A stretch of DNA of 64,000 bases from a virus, in IMG/VR virus record IMGVR_UViG_3300021961_000020; one strand, given 5' to 3'. The position numbers were made by a program, and so were the translations under genes. This document shows positions 9,222-18,063 of this stretch, in pieces (the stretch's first letter is position 1; each line of letters opens with the position of its first letter). The notes under the pieces were generated by a model, which was given only the letters and a program-made list of their open reading frames with translations, was not told the DNA's origin and did no database searches.

Positions 9222-9250
9222 ATTCTACTCATAAAAAAGAATCTTGTCAA
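9222..9250 (-). promoter_or_regulatory. Sigma70-type promoter
   Basis: TTGACA-N17-TAGAAT. Confidence 0.75.
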
Positions 9251-9813
9251 GCCATTGTAAATGTATTCATCCCAAGAGTGGGAGAAAACCATCCAGTTAA
9301 AATATATTTGTCACCCTTTAAAGGAGGATTACCCCTATGAAGATGGGTAAAAGAACCTGGCCAAATCACTGCCATGTTTTTCTTTGGTTTAATTCTAATT
9401 CTTTGGTATAAGAATTCAGTTTCTCCACCTTCTTCAACATCATTTAGATAAATCATCCAAGCAACCATTCTGCTAACATCACTATATGACCCATCTTCGC
9501 AATGCCAAGTGTGATATCCTTCACTGGGAGAAGTTTTTTGAAGAAGTACAGTTCCCGTAAACCAATCTTTCCTACTTTTAAGATATGGAAATTCTTCAAG
9601 ATAATTTGCAAATGCATTATTAATTAGAAAATTATTAATGTCTTTTGCTAAAACAGGGTAAAAAGGATCAAGAGTAAACTGTTTATCTTGTAAGTGAGCC
9701 GTAACGCTCCTATGATCATAAACTATTTGATTGTTAACCCTATCTAAAAGAAATTCAATGCATTCTTCTGATAAAACATTTTCATAAGTTTTAATAAAAT
9801 TTTGTTCTTCCAT
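9247..9813 (-). CDS. 2OG-Fe(II) oxygenase (prolyl-4-hydroxylase-like)
   Basis: WHCED, YLNDVEEGGET and HLHRG...K motifs. Confidence 0.88.
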   Translation of the reverse strand: MEEQNFIKTYENVLSEECIEFLLDRVNNQIVYDHRSVTAHLQDKQFTLDPFYPVLAKDINNFLINNAFANYLEEFPYLKSRKDWFTGTVLLQKTSPSEGYHTWHCEDGSYSDVSRMVAWMIYLNDVEEGGETEFLYQRIRIKPKKNMAVIWPGSFTHLHRGNPPLKGDKYILTGWFSPTLGMNTFTMA

Positions 9814-9871
9814 AATTTTAAATAATTTATTTTTATCAAATTGATAGGGTTGTCAACCCCCCTTTAGTATT

Positions 9872-11842
9872 TTACTTAGAAAGTCTTCTTAAATCGTAAC
9901 CACCAAGTCTTCTGGTGTCATATCCAGGAGAAGAAACGGAAGAATTTGGTCGATTAGAATTTGTAGGTTTGTTGGTTGCAGGATCGGGTTTATTAGTAGG
10001 TCTTGATTGAGTACCAGAATTAGTAGGTTTTGATTGAGTACCAGAATTAGTAGGTCTTGATTTAGTACCAGTTGGATTGGGACCATGTGAAAATTCAGGA
10101 CCGCGAGCACCAGATCTATTTTCAGCAGCTCTTCTTCTATCTCTGTAATCTTGAACTGGATCTTCACCCAGGAGCTCCTCTACGATGCTTTCGATCTGTT
10201 CAGCAGTCAGTTGCTCCATGATCGCCTCAGCGTGCTCTACGCTGTCCATGAGACCGTTCTCATCAAGGTATGTTAGGATGATGTCATAGAGATTAAAATC
10301 ATCCTTCATCCAACGGGGAACAGTGTCATCCTTTTTGGATGCCATTTCTTTGCGAGCCTTTTCGTTGTTCTCATGACGCTTCTTCATATTTGTTTCCAAA
10401 TACGAATCATCATCATCCTTTTCTTTTTTGTACTCGGGATGATCGTCTACGCTATGCCCACGCTTCTTCTCAAGGCGTTCCTTTCTCTCTTCAGTTCCCT
10501 TCTCGGGATCTTTGTCGCGGATACCCTCCAATTGGAGTTCTTCACCTTGAAGCGCCTTCTTGCGTTGATGTAGTCTATCTACTAATGTACCACCATTACC
10601 CTGTCCAGATTCCGCTGCTTTCTTCTGCTTTGTCAGGTTCCTCACCAAACCAAGACCAGCGGCACCGATACCCAGTGCAGCACCAGCAGCAAGTGCAGGA
10701 GCGATCTCATCGATCTGTTCACCCTCTGCTTCGTAGTGTGCTTTAAGATCTCCAGGAGCTTTGATCTCTTTGGGTTTGCCAGTCTTGGGGTCGGTAATCA
10801 TTTTGATTCTAGACTTGCCAGTGGCAGGATCTTCCCAAGGATTCAGAGTTCCTTTTACGGGAGGGAATCCTTCTACCAGTTCACCATCAACTTCATAAGA
10901 ATTCTTAAGGGTACTACCAGGCATTCCATCCATCTGGGGATTCCTACCCTTGTAAGTCATCTTAGACTTAGGAGGATTGGCACTCATCAGAGGATTAGGT
11001 GTCATGCCAGATCTTCTGCCATAGTTAGCACCAAAGTTTGCCTTGAACTTAGTTTGTCCAAGAGTCTCTGCTTCTCTGGTAGCAGCAGATGCTGCTTTAG
11101 TGTCTCCTGCATTTGCTGCAGACTTTGCCTTTGCCTGTAGTGCCTTGTAGTCAGCGTTAGGGTCGGGTTTAGGTGCAACAGGTTTAGCAGCAACAGGTTG
11201 TTTAACAGGTTGTTTAACAGGTTGTTTAACAGGAGCAAATGGATCTTCTCTTGGTTTATCCGCCTTTGGAATAGTTACCTTAGTAGGTTCTACTTTAGCA
11301 GCAGGTCTTGGTGGTGTATAAGGTTCAGCAACTCTGGGGAGTGGTCCCACACCAGTTTTTTGTGCTTGTTTATCCAAGAAAGGTTTCAGGTTAATTTCTT
11401 TAGCCTTTTTAGGGTTGTTGTTTAACCAGCTACTAAGATCAACAAATTCTGCGATTGCTCTGGCTTGCTTCTTCTCAGCGGTGTGAAGGTCCTCATAGAT
11501 GCGAGGGTTAACTGCCTGCAGGGCAGCACGGAACTCGTGCCCTACAACCTCTTTGGGGAGTGCTTCGATGATGTTATCCAGGAGTCTGCTGCTCTCGTAT
11601 CCTTCGCCAATCAGAACTTCAGCAATGGCACGATACTGTTCAGCATAGACAGGGTTCATTGCCTGCAGTCTCTTCAGGTAGAAGGACTCGCATGTGCATT
11701 TGTCTACTTTCTTTTTATCGACTTTCTTCCCTTCGGGATTGTCGTCTTTTCTATTCCAGTCCTTAACTTCTTCCTCGGACTTCTTGCCTTCGGCAATCCG
11801 AGAATAAGCTTCAGCGAGGTTGTTGATATGAGAGGGAAGCAT
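9872..11842 (-). CDS. Large low-complexity late protein, probable internal head protein
   Basis: Start reassigned to ATG 11842 because a TATAAATA lies in the apparent 5' extension; charged, Pro-rich and Gly/Ala-rich segments. Confidence 0.7.
   Translation of the reverse strand: MLPSHINNLAEAYSRIAEGKKSEEEVKDWNRKDDNPEGKKVDKKKVDKCTCESFYLKRLQAMNPVYAEQYRAIAEVLIGEGYESSRLLDNIIEALPKEVVGHEFRAALQAVNPRIYEDLHTAEKKQARAIAEFVDLSSWLNNNPKKAKEINLKPFLDKQAQKTGVGPLPRVAEPYTPPRPAAKVEPTKVTIPKADKPREDPFAPVKQPVKQPVKQPVAAKPVAPKPDPNADYKALQAKAKSAANAGDTKAASAATREAETLGQTKFKANFGANYGRRSGMTPNPLMSANPPKSKMTYKGRNPQMDGMPGSTLKNSYEVDGELVEGFPPVKGTLNPWEDPATGKSRIKMITDPKTGKPKEIKAPGDLKAHYEAEGEQIDEIAPALAAGAALGIGAAGLGLVRNLTKQKKAAESGQGNGGTLVDRLHQRKKALQGEELQLEGIRDKDPEKGTEERKERLEKKRGHSVDDHPEYKKEKDDDDSYLETNMKKRHENNEKARKEMASKKDDTVPRWMKDDFNLYDIILTYLDENGLMDSVEHAEAIMEQLTAEQIESIVEELLGEDPVQDYRDRRRAAENRSGARGPEFSHGPNPTGTKSRPTNSGTQSKPTNSGTQSRPTNKPDPATNKPTNSNRPNSSVSSPGYDTRRLGGYDLRRLSK
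9993..10071. repeat. 27-bp tandem repeat, about 3 copies (TNSGTQSR/KP)
   Basis: ttagtaggtyttgattkagtaccagaa units. Confidence 0.9.
11192..11233. repeat. 12-bp tandem repeat, 3.5 copies (PVKQ)
   Basis: aacaggttgttt units. Confidence 0.92.
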
Positions 11843-11868
11843 CTTACTTAGACAGACTCCAGTAGAAG

Positions 11869-11876
11869 TATTTATA
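11869..11876 (-). promoter_or_regulatory. T4-type late promoter
   Basis: TATAAATA. Confidence 0.8.
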
Positions 11877-11883
11877 TCCATGC

Positions 11884-11923
11884 AAAAAGAAGACCTCCCT
11901 GATAGTTGCCAGGGAAGTCTTCT
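11884..11923 (-). terminator. Intrinsic terminator
   Basis: AGAAGACTTCCCTG-loop-CAGGGAGGTCTTCT-TTTT. Confidence 0.85.
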
Positions 11924-11942
11924 GCGCCGACGATATTCAGTT

Positions 11943-12080
11943 CTATTTAGAATACTTAAACTTCATTGCCTGCATCATCCATGCCTGGGAGAGAGACTTT
12001 GGTCCTTCTTTGAGGACCTTAAGCACTCTCTCATCAGTCTCAGATTGCAATGCTTTTGTTTTCCAATCAGAGTTTGCCAC
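11943..12080 (-). CDS. Small hypothetical protein (45 aa, GTG start; not in ORF track)
   Basis: VANSDWKTKALQSETDERVLKVLKEGPKSLSQAWMMQAMKFKYSK; fills the gap, GAAGG RBS. Confidence 0.6.
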   Translation of the reverse strand: MANSDWKTKALQSETDERVLKVLKEGPKSLSQAWMMQAMKFKYSK

Positions 12081-12282
12081 CGACTACACCTTCATGTTTT
12101 GTAGATTCAACACCATCCCAACCATCCTGTAGTCCCTTCAAATAAAAACGAGTCATTCTAATGACAACATCTTTATCTAATCCAGTAACTAATCCTTTAC
12201 CATCCTTGTTAAAGGACTCCCAAGACTTCCACTTCTTTTGCTCAACACGAAAGCAATCATCGATCCACTCATATTCAATCAT
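12067..12282 (-). CDS. Hypothetical protein
   Basis: 71-aa ORF in operon. Confidence 0.7.
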   Translation of the reverse strand: MIEYEWIDDCFRVEQKKWKSWESFNKDGKGLVTGLDKDVVIRMTRFYLKGLQDGWDGVESTKHEGVVGGKL

Positions 12283-12365
12283 AGTTTATTATTTTTAATT
12301 GGCCAAGTTAATTCCAGTGTTGTTGTCAACAAAAGAATGAATGCAAAAACAAATAAATGTGCCAT
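12279..12365 (-). CDS. 28-aa hydrophobic peptide (not in ORF track)
   Basis: MAHLFVFAFILLLTTTLELTWPIKNNKL; TGATG and ATGA overlaps on both sides. Confidence 0.6.
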   Translation of the reverse strand: MAHLFVFAFILLLTTTLELTWPIKNNKL

Positions 12366-13063
12366 CACATGAAAAATGTTTTAAAAACGCTGACAGATTT
12401 TGAAGCATACATGAAATAATAAAGTGATAAATCCTCTTCGGATAAATTAGGAAGAGGTAGATCAAATCTAGATTTCAATTCATTATACACCAACAAATTA
12501 GAAACATACATTCCTACTTGTTGAGATCTAATATTGGAACCTCTAGCAATGATTTGTTCTAAGGTCCAGAACCATAAAGTATCGCATTCAATTTTTTCAC
12601 AAATTTTCGAAGTATTTTGTAGCAGCAGATATTCATTTCTGCACTCTTCTTCGTAATGATCTAGAAGTAAAGTATCACACTTACCTTCATAATCATGTAC
12701 ATCAGAATGGATCACTTCAACATTATCAAAAAAAGAAGGATTGATATATCTATGATATTCAATGACTTCTTTATTTTTTTCAATAACTGTTACCTTAGTA
12801 ACCTCTTTTTTATTTAAGATCCAGTTCTCTCTTACCCCCAGACCCAAACCAGTACATATACAATGTCCTTTTGCTAGATCATAATGCGAATATAATTCAA
12901 AGGCTTGATCATGATCTTTATTTCTATAAGACATCCACTCCTCACCATTTAAAGAGAGTTGGAAACAGTCATCGATAGAATTATATGTAACTTCGAATCC
13001 ATCCCTCTTGTATGGTTTTAATTTTGGGGGAGTATAATTTAATTGGTTGAGAAGACGAATCAT
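12365..13063 (-). CDS. Class I SAM-dependent methyltransferase / spermidine-synthase-like fold protein
   Basis: CTGLGLG, VTVIEK and DTLLLDH motifs. Confidence 0.65.
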   Translation of the reverse strand: MIRLLNQLNYTPPKLKPYKRDGFEVTYNSIDDCFQLSLNGEEWMSYRNKDHDQAFELYSHYDLAKGHCICTGLGLGVRENWILNKKEVTKVTVIEKNKEVIEYHRYINPSFFDNVEVIHSDVHDYEGKCDTLLLDHYEEECRNEYLLLQNTSKICEKIECDTLWFWTLEQIIARGSNIRSQQVGMYVSNLLVYNELKSRFDLPLPNLSEEDLSLYYFMYASKSVSVFKTFFM

Positions 13064-13066
13064 GAA

Positions 13067-14248
13067 CTACAATTGAAATCCTGCAAAAGTGTCTTTCTCG
13101 ACATCTTGTTTGATGCCACCGACAATATAGGACTCGACTTCGGTCTCTTGGGGAGCAACCTGAAGACCTTTGGAGGAGATCCAGTGTTGTGTCCAGGGGA
13201 GAGGATTATTTTTGGCAGAGATATCATAAAGAGGTTTCATCCCAATGGCTTTCATACGACGATTGGCGATCCATTCGACATACTGGCACAGAAGTTTTTC
13301 ATTCAGACCAATCATGGATCCATCTTTGAACAAATATTCCGCCCACTGCTTCTCCTGATTAACTGCATGCTGGAAGGTTTGAATCAACCAGGATTCTTCC
13401 TCCTTAGCAATTTGCTGCATGTCTGGGTCATCGCCCTCAATCCATTTGTTGATGATGTTTTGAGTAATGACAAGGTGCTGATTTTCGTCTCTTGCGATGA
13501 GAGAGATAATTTTAGCGGATCCTTCCATAAGCTTGAGTTCACCAAACGCAAACGAGCAAGCGAACGAGACATAAAACCTGATGCCTTCGAGAATGTTGAC
13601 ATTGGCTACAGCACGGAAAAGTTTTCTCTTAAGTTCATAACGATTTTCTTTGAAGGTGCCTGCACCTTCTTGTGCATACTTCCAGTCATCACTAACACCA
13701 TACTGCTGTGCAGCATTAATGAAGTCATCATATGCCTGGGTGATAGCACTTGCCCTCTCAAGAATTCTCTGGTCCTCAATAATAGTATCAAAGACTTCTG
13801 AAGGGTCACTGTAAACATTTTTGATGATGTATGTGTATGAGCGACTATGGATCATTTCCATAAACTGCCACACATTCATACATGCTTCCAATTCAGGAAG
13901 GGAACAGTATGGAGTAAACGCCATACCAGGACCACGACCCTGAATAGAGTCTAGCATAACCTGATACTTTAGGTTGCTAGTAAAGATATGTTTTTGTTCT
14001 GGACGAAGTGTATGATAGTCAGAACGATCTTTTTGTAGGGAAACCTCCTCTGGTCTCCAAAAATAACCCAACTGTTGCTGGGTCAATTTGTCAAAGATAG
14101 GATACTTGTATGAATCGTATCTCTGAATGCTAAGGGGAGATCCAAAAAACATTGGTTGTTTTTTAGGATCTGTGGCGTTTGTGTTGAATACAGTCATTCC
14201 TTCAATAACTGTTTCTTTTTCTTTAGTCCTAAATTGCACAGGCGTCAC
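13067..14248 (-). CDS. nrdB: Ribonucleotide reductase class Ia beta subunit
   Basis: FWRPEEV, EMIHSRSY and RDENQH di-iron motifs. Confidence 0.97.
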   Translation of the reverse strand: MTPVQFRTKEKETVIEGMTVFNTNATDPKKQPMFFGSPLSIQRYDSYKYPIFDKLTQQQLGYFWRPEEVSLQKDRSDYHTLRPEQKHIFTSNLKYQVMLDSIQGRGPGMAFTPYCSLPELEACMNVWQFMEMIHSRSYTYIIKNVYSDPSEVFDTIIEDQRILERASAITQAYDDFINAAQQYGVSDDWKYAQEGAGTFKENRYELKRKLFRAVANVNILEGIRFYVSFACSFAFGELKLMEGSAKIISLIARDENQHLVITQNIINKWIEGDDPDMQQIAKEEESWLIQTFQHAVNQEKQWAEYLFKDGSMIGLNEKLLCQYVEWIANRRMKAIGMKPLYDISAKNNPLPWTQHWISSKGLQVAPQETEVESYIVGGIKQDVEKDTFAGFQL

Positions 14249-16535
14249 ACTCCTCTTGCTTGCTAAGATTATTGAGTAGGTTTTCTAGAACCGATTCTGT
14301 TTTTTGATCTTCTACTTCATCCGTTTTGTTGTCGTAAGTATTTTGGTAGTAGGATGTCTTCCACCCGTACTTATATGTAGTCAGAAGATCATTTGCCATG
14401 ACAGAGACTGGCACTTCATTATCACTATAGTTCTCAGGATTGTAACTCCAGTTTCCAGAGATTGCCTGGTCAAAGAACTTTTGCATCAAGGCAACAATCT
14501 TGATATAACCTTCATTCGACGGCATATCCCAAAGAAGCGTGTAGTGATGTTTGAGAGAATTGTATTGGGGGACAATCTGCTTAAGAGGTCCTTTCTTGGA
14601 CTTCTTAGTGGACAGGAATCCACGAGGAGGTTCGATTCCATTGGTAGCGTTTGACACAACGGAACTGCTCTCCGAAGGCATTTGTGCGGACAAAGTGCTG
14701 TTCCTGAGTCCGTAGGATACGATAGATTCTCTAAGAGCCTCCCAATCATAGTTTAACTTATGCGGTACGATTCCGTCAACATCCTTCTTGTATGTATCAA
14801 TCGGAAGAATACCTGAAGAATACTTGGTACGATCAAAGTAACCGCAAGGTCCAAGTTCCTTAGCAAGTTGATTGGATGCCTTTAGCAGATAATACTGAAA
14901 CGCCTCTGTAAGGTCGTGTACGAGTTGATGTGCCTCTTGATCATTATAACCCACCCGATGCTTCGCAAGGTAGTGTGCAAGACCAATATAACCCACACCC
15001 AGAGAACGACGATTCTTGGTGCCTACCTCTGCTGCCTTAACGGGATATCCTTGGAAATCGATAAGGGCATCCAGACCACGCACAGAGAGGTCACAGAGTT
15101 CTTCCAGTTCGTCCAGGTGACGAATCTTACCGACATTGATAGCAGACAGAATGCACAGAGCAATCTCACCTTCACCATCAATGTGCTGAAGAGGTTTGGT
15201 AGGCAGAGTAATCTCTTGGCAGAGGTTGCTCATCTCAACCTTATCCTTGAAGGAAGAGTGAGAGTTACAGTGGTCGATGTTCATAATGTACAGACGACCA
15301 GTCTCTGCTCTCTCTTTCAGCAGATTCAGGAAAAGTTCTTGTGCTGAAACAGACTGTCTTGGAATAGACTTATCTGATTCATAACCCACATAAAGCTCGT
15401 CAAATCTATCAGTACCAAAAGCATCATACAGACCAGGAACATCGTGCGGACTGAAGAGGGAAATTGACTCGTTCTTGATGAAACGCTCATAGAAGAGTTT
15501 GGTGATTTGAATACTGTAGTCTAAACGACGAACACGGTTATCTTCGGTTCCTTTATTATTTTTTAGTACGATGATGTCTTGGATTTCTTTGTGCCAGATT
15601 GGGAAGTGGACAGTCGCTGATCCACCTCTGATGCCATTTTGAGTGCAGCATCTGACAGTTGCTTCAAACTTTTTGAGGAAAGGGACAACGCCTGTGTGCT
15701 GAACTTCTCCGCCTCTGATTTTGCTGTTGATGCCACGGATTCTACCCGCGTTGATACCGATTCCCGCCCTTTGTGCAACATATCTGCCAATAGCCATATC
15801 GCTAGTAAAGATACTATCGAGGGTGTCATCAACATCAACAAGCACACAGCTAGCGAATTGTCGAAGTGGAGTTCTAACTCCCGCCATGATAGGTGTGGGA
15901 ATGTTGATTTTGTGCTTCGATGTTGCGTCGTAGTACCGCTTGACATAATCGAGTCTCGTTTCTTTGGGATACTCTGCAAAGATCGTAGCAGCGATCATCA
16001 AGTACATAAACTGGGGAGTCTCATAGACATCTCCAGTGCTACGATCCTGAACGAGATATTTATCGGCTACCTGACGAAGACCAGCATAGGTGAACAGCAT
16101 GTCACGCTCATGGTCAATATATCCATTCAGTTTTTCCCACTCTTCAGCAGAATATTTTACTACGATCTCTGCGTCATAGACGCCTCTCTTCACACAATTC
16201 TCAACATGCTGTTGCAGAGTAGGGCACTCATGCATACGACCCCACAGTTGCTTCCTCAGAGCAAACAGAAGAAGTCTAGCAGCAACGAACTGATAGTTCG
16301 GATTCTCAAGGTCAATCAGGTCACTAGCACTACGAATCAAGATCTCCTGAATCTCAGCAGTGGTAACACCATCATAAAACTGAATGCCAGAATTGATTTC
16401 AATCTGAGAGGCAGAGACGCCCGCAAGATCTTTACATGCCTCATCAACCATCTTGTGCATCTTGTTTAGATCAAGCGATTCCAATTCGCCAGATCTTTTA
16501 CGAACTTTAGTCCCGTTGCTCATACCTTTTTCCAC
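14229..16535 (-). CDS. nrdA: Ribonucleotide reductase class Ia alpha subunit
   Basis: ATP cone, SNLCQEI, C-terminal CDAC; no intein seen. Confidence 0.97.
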   Translation of the reverse strand: MEKGMSNGTKVRKRSGELESLDLNKMHKMVDEACKDLAGVSASQIEINSGIQFYDGVTTAEIQEILIRSASDLIDLENPNYQFVAARLLLFALRKQLWGRMHECPTLQQHVENCVKRGVYDAEIVVKYSAEEWEKLNGYIDHERDMLFTYAGLRQVADKYLVQDRSTGDVYETPQFMYLMIAATIFAEYPKETRLDYVKRYYDATSKHKINIPTPIMAGVRTPLRQFASCVLVDVDDTLDSIFTSDMAIGRYVAQRAGIGINAGRIRGINSKIRGGEVQHTGVVPFLKKFEATVRCCTQNGIRGGSATVHFPIWHKEIQDIIVLKNNKGTEDNRVRRLDYSIQITKLFYERFIKNESISLFSPHDVPGLYDAFGTDRFDELYVGYESDKSIPRQSVSAQELFLNLLKERAETGRLYIMNIDHCNSHSSFKDKVEMSNLCQEITLPTKPLQHIDGEGEIALCILSAINVGKIRHLDELEELCDLSVRGLDALIDFQGYPVKAAEVGTKNRRSLGVGYIGLAHYLAKHRVGYNDQEAHQLVHDLTEAFQYYLLKASNQLAKELGPCGYFDRTKYSSGILPIDTYKKDVDGIVPHKLNYDWEALRESIVSYGLRNSTLSAQMPSESSSVVSNATNGIEPPRGFLSTKKSKKGPLKQIVPQYNSLKHHYTLLWDMPSNEGYIKIVALMQKFFDQAISGNWSYNPENYSDNEVPVSVMANDLLTTYKYGWKTSYYQNTYDNKTDEVEDQKTESVLENLLNNLSKQEECDACAI

Positions 16536-17488
16536 TCTGTAAATTTAACTTTTGCTTCTAGACCTGAGTATGTATTTAATTTTAACACATCCATAACATT
16601 GTGTCCAGCGAGGACCATATCATTGATGTCCTTCTCTACGATTCCACTTGGCCAGATGATGACTCTCTCGCCTCTTGATATGCATTTGTCAATGCGATCG
16701 ACGATCTCTCGATTACGGGGTTCATTATCGTAAACAAAAACGAGATCATTTCCTTCAAGACAACGAAGGTTACCGTCAGCACCACACAGAGCCACACTAT
16801 TGTTGACGAAAGTGCTGTCAAAGGGTCCTTCGACCACATAGATAGGTAATTTTGTATCGACTCCATCATATCCATAAATCTTTGGTGCATTGTCATCCAA
16901 CATCACGGTGATATATTTAACACGGTTAGGACCTATAGCCCTTCCCTGAAAACCGATTAGGTTTTGATTATAAAACAAAGGAATAATTATCCTAGATTCT
17001 TCATGAGAAGTGCTTGTGAATACCTCTTGAAAGGTATTAGCAAAGGACTTGAACTTCTCAGCGAAGTAAAACTTGGACGGATCAATCCTCCGTCCTTCCA
17101 GATACTTTTTTGCAGTGTCAACCTCACTGCAGAGAGGGAGATCTAACTTTGCAATGAACTTTGGTTTCTCAAAAACAAACTCGGGTTCATCAACAACAAA
17201 GTTTCTGCCCGTATGTCCTTCCTTGAACTTCTCGATAGAATACTTCTTATGCAGAGTAGAGTCTAACTTCTTCAAGAAGTTGTTGAGTGACATCGAAGCA
17301 CCACAGTTATGGCACTTAAAATTGGTGTTGTTCTTTACTGAATAGATATACCCACGCGCTTTGTTCTTGTACCGCTGGGAATCTCCACAGATAGGGCAAC
17401 GAAAATTATAAAGATCTGCCTTTACTCTTTTAAACTTCTGAAGTCTAGCAGAGACAAGACCGATGTACTTGGAATCAATTAGGTCCAT
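16520..17488 (-). CDS. gp61: DNA primase
   Basis: CPICGD...CHNC Zn finger; VVEGPFDS TOPRIM motif. Confidence 0.95.
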   Translation of the reverse strand: MDLIDSKYIGLVSARLQKFKRVKADLYNFRCPICGDSQRYKNKARGYIYSVKNNTNFKCHNCGASMSLNNFLKKLDSTLHKKYSIEKFKEGHTGRNFVVDEPEFVFEKPKFIAKLDLPLCSEVDTAKKYLEGRRIDPSKFYFAEKFKSFANTFQEVFTSTSHEESRIIIPLFYNQNLIGFQGRAIGPNRVKYITVMLDDNAPKIYGYDGVDTKLPIYVVEGPFDSTFVNNSVALCGADGNLRCLEGNDLVFVYDNEPRNREIVDRIDKCISRGERVIIWPSGIVEKDINDMVLAGHNVMDVLKLNTYSGLEAKVKFTEWKKV

Positions 17489-17900
17489 TCACCAGACTAG
17501 TGCCTGGGACTATTGTACTCGTTATCGGTGCAGGTGTCAACTTAAAACCGATGGATGGAAGGAACTGAACAGCAAAGATGATTGCACTGGCACTGATGGT
17601 AACCATCCAGAGCATCTTCTGGTTCTCATCTACCTTCTTCTCCAGGTCATCAAACTTCTCAGTCATTCTTTCAAACATCTTCTCATCATATTTCTGATGA
17701 TCATTGATCATCTTAATGATTGCCTGGTTTGCTTTGTCACCTTCATCCAAACGATTCTCATGTCGCTCAAGGATGATGGCAGTTTTGTTTGTATTTTCTT
17801 GAATGGAAGTTACAGCACGCTCTAACTTGTCCAGCATTTCTTTGGACAAGTCCTCATAAATTTCTAACTTCGATTCAAGAACTCCTAGTTTTGCGAACAT
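17475..17900 (-). CDS. Coiled-coil protein with C-terminal membrane segment
   Basis: Heptad-rich N-terminal part; hydrophobic LWMVTISASAIIFAVQFL. Confidence 0.7.
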   Translation of the reverse strand: MFAKLGVLESKLEIYEDLSKEMLDKLERAVTSIQENTNKTAIILERHENRLDEGDKANQAIIKMINDHQKYDEKMFERMTEKFDDLEKKVDENQKMLWMVTISASAIIFAVQFLPSIGFKLTPAPITSTIVPGTSLVNGPN

Positions 17901-18063
17901 GGTCTAACCAGCGTTTGCGTGAACCTTTACCCATGTAAATGTTTCGCCCAGCAACGGGTCCTTTAGGATCAGAGTTATCAGAAAAGCCGCCAGATGCTCC
18001 AGGAGCATTAGCGACCATCATCTCTTTCAAGATGTCATACACTTTTTGTAAGCGGCGATCCAT
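17875..18063 (-). CDS. Hypothetical protein
   Basis: Start likely ATG 18063, coupled to the upstream stop. Confidence 0.6.
   Translation of the reverse strand: MDRRLQKVYDILKEMMVANAPGASGGFSDNSDPKGPVAGRNIYMGKGSRKRWLDHVRKTRSS

Noticed and set aside
9829-9860. TTGACA inside a short hairpin upstream of the 9247..9813 oxygenase
   Set aside because: No acceptable -10 at 16-18 nt spacing
9993-10071. CRISPR-like or DGR-like interpretation of the repeats
   Set aside because: No spacers, the units are in-frame coding repeats, and there are no cas or reverse transcriptase genes
11843-11881. 5' extension MDINTSTGVCLSK of the 669-aa ORF
   Set aside because: It contains the late promoter, so the true start is probably 11842
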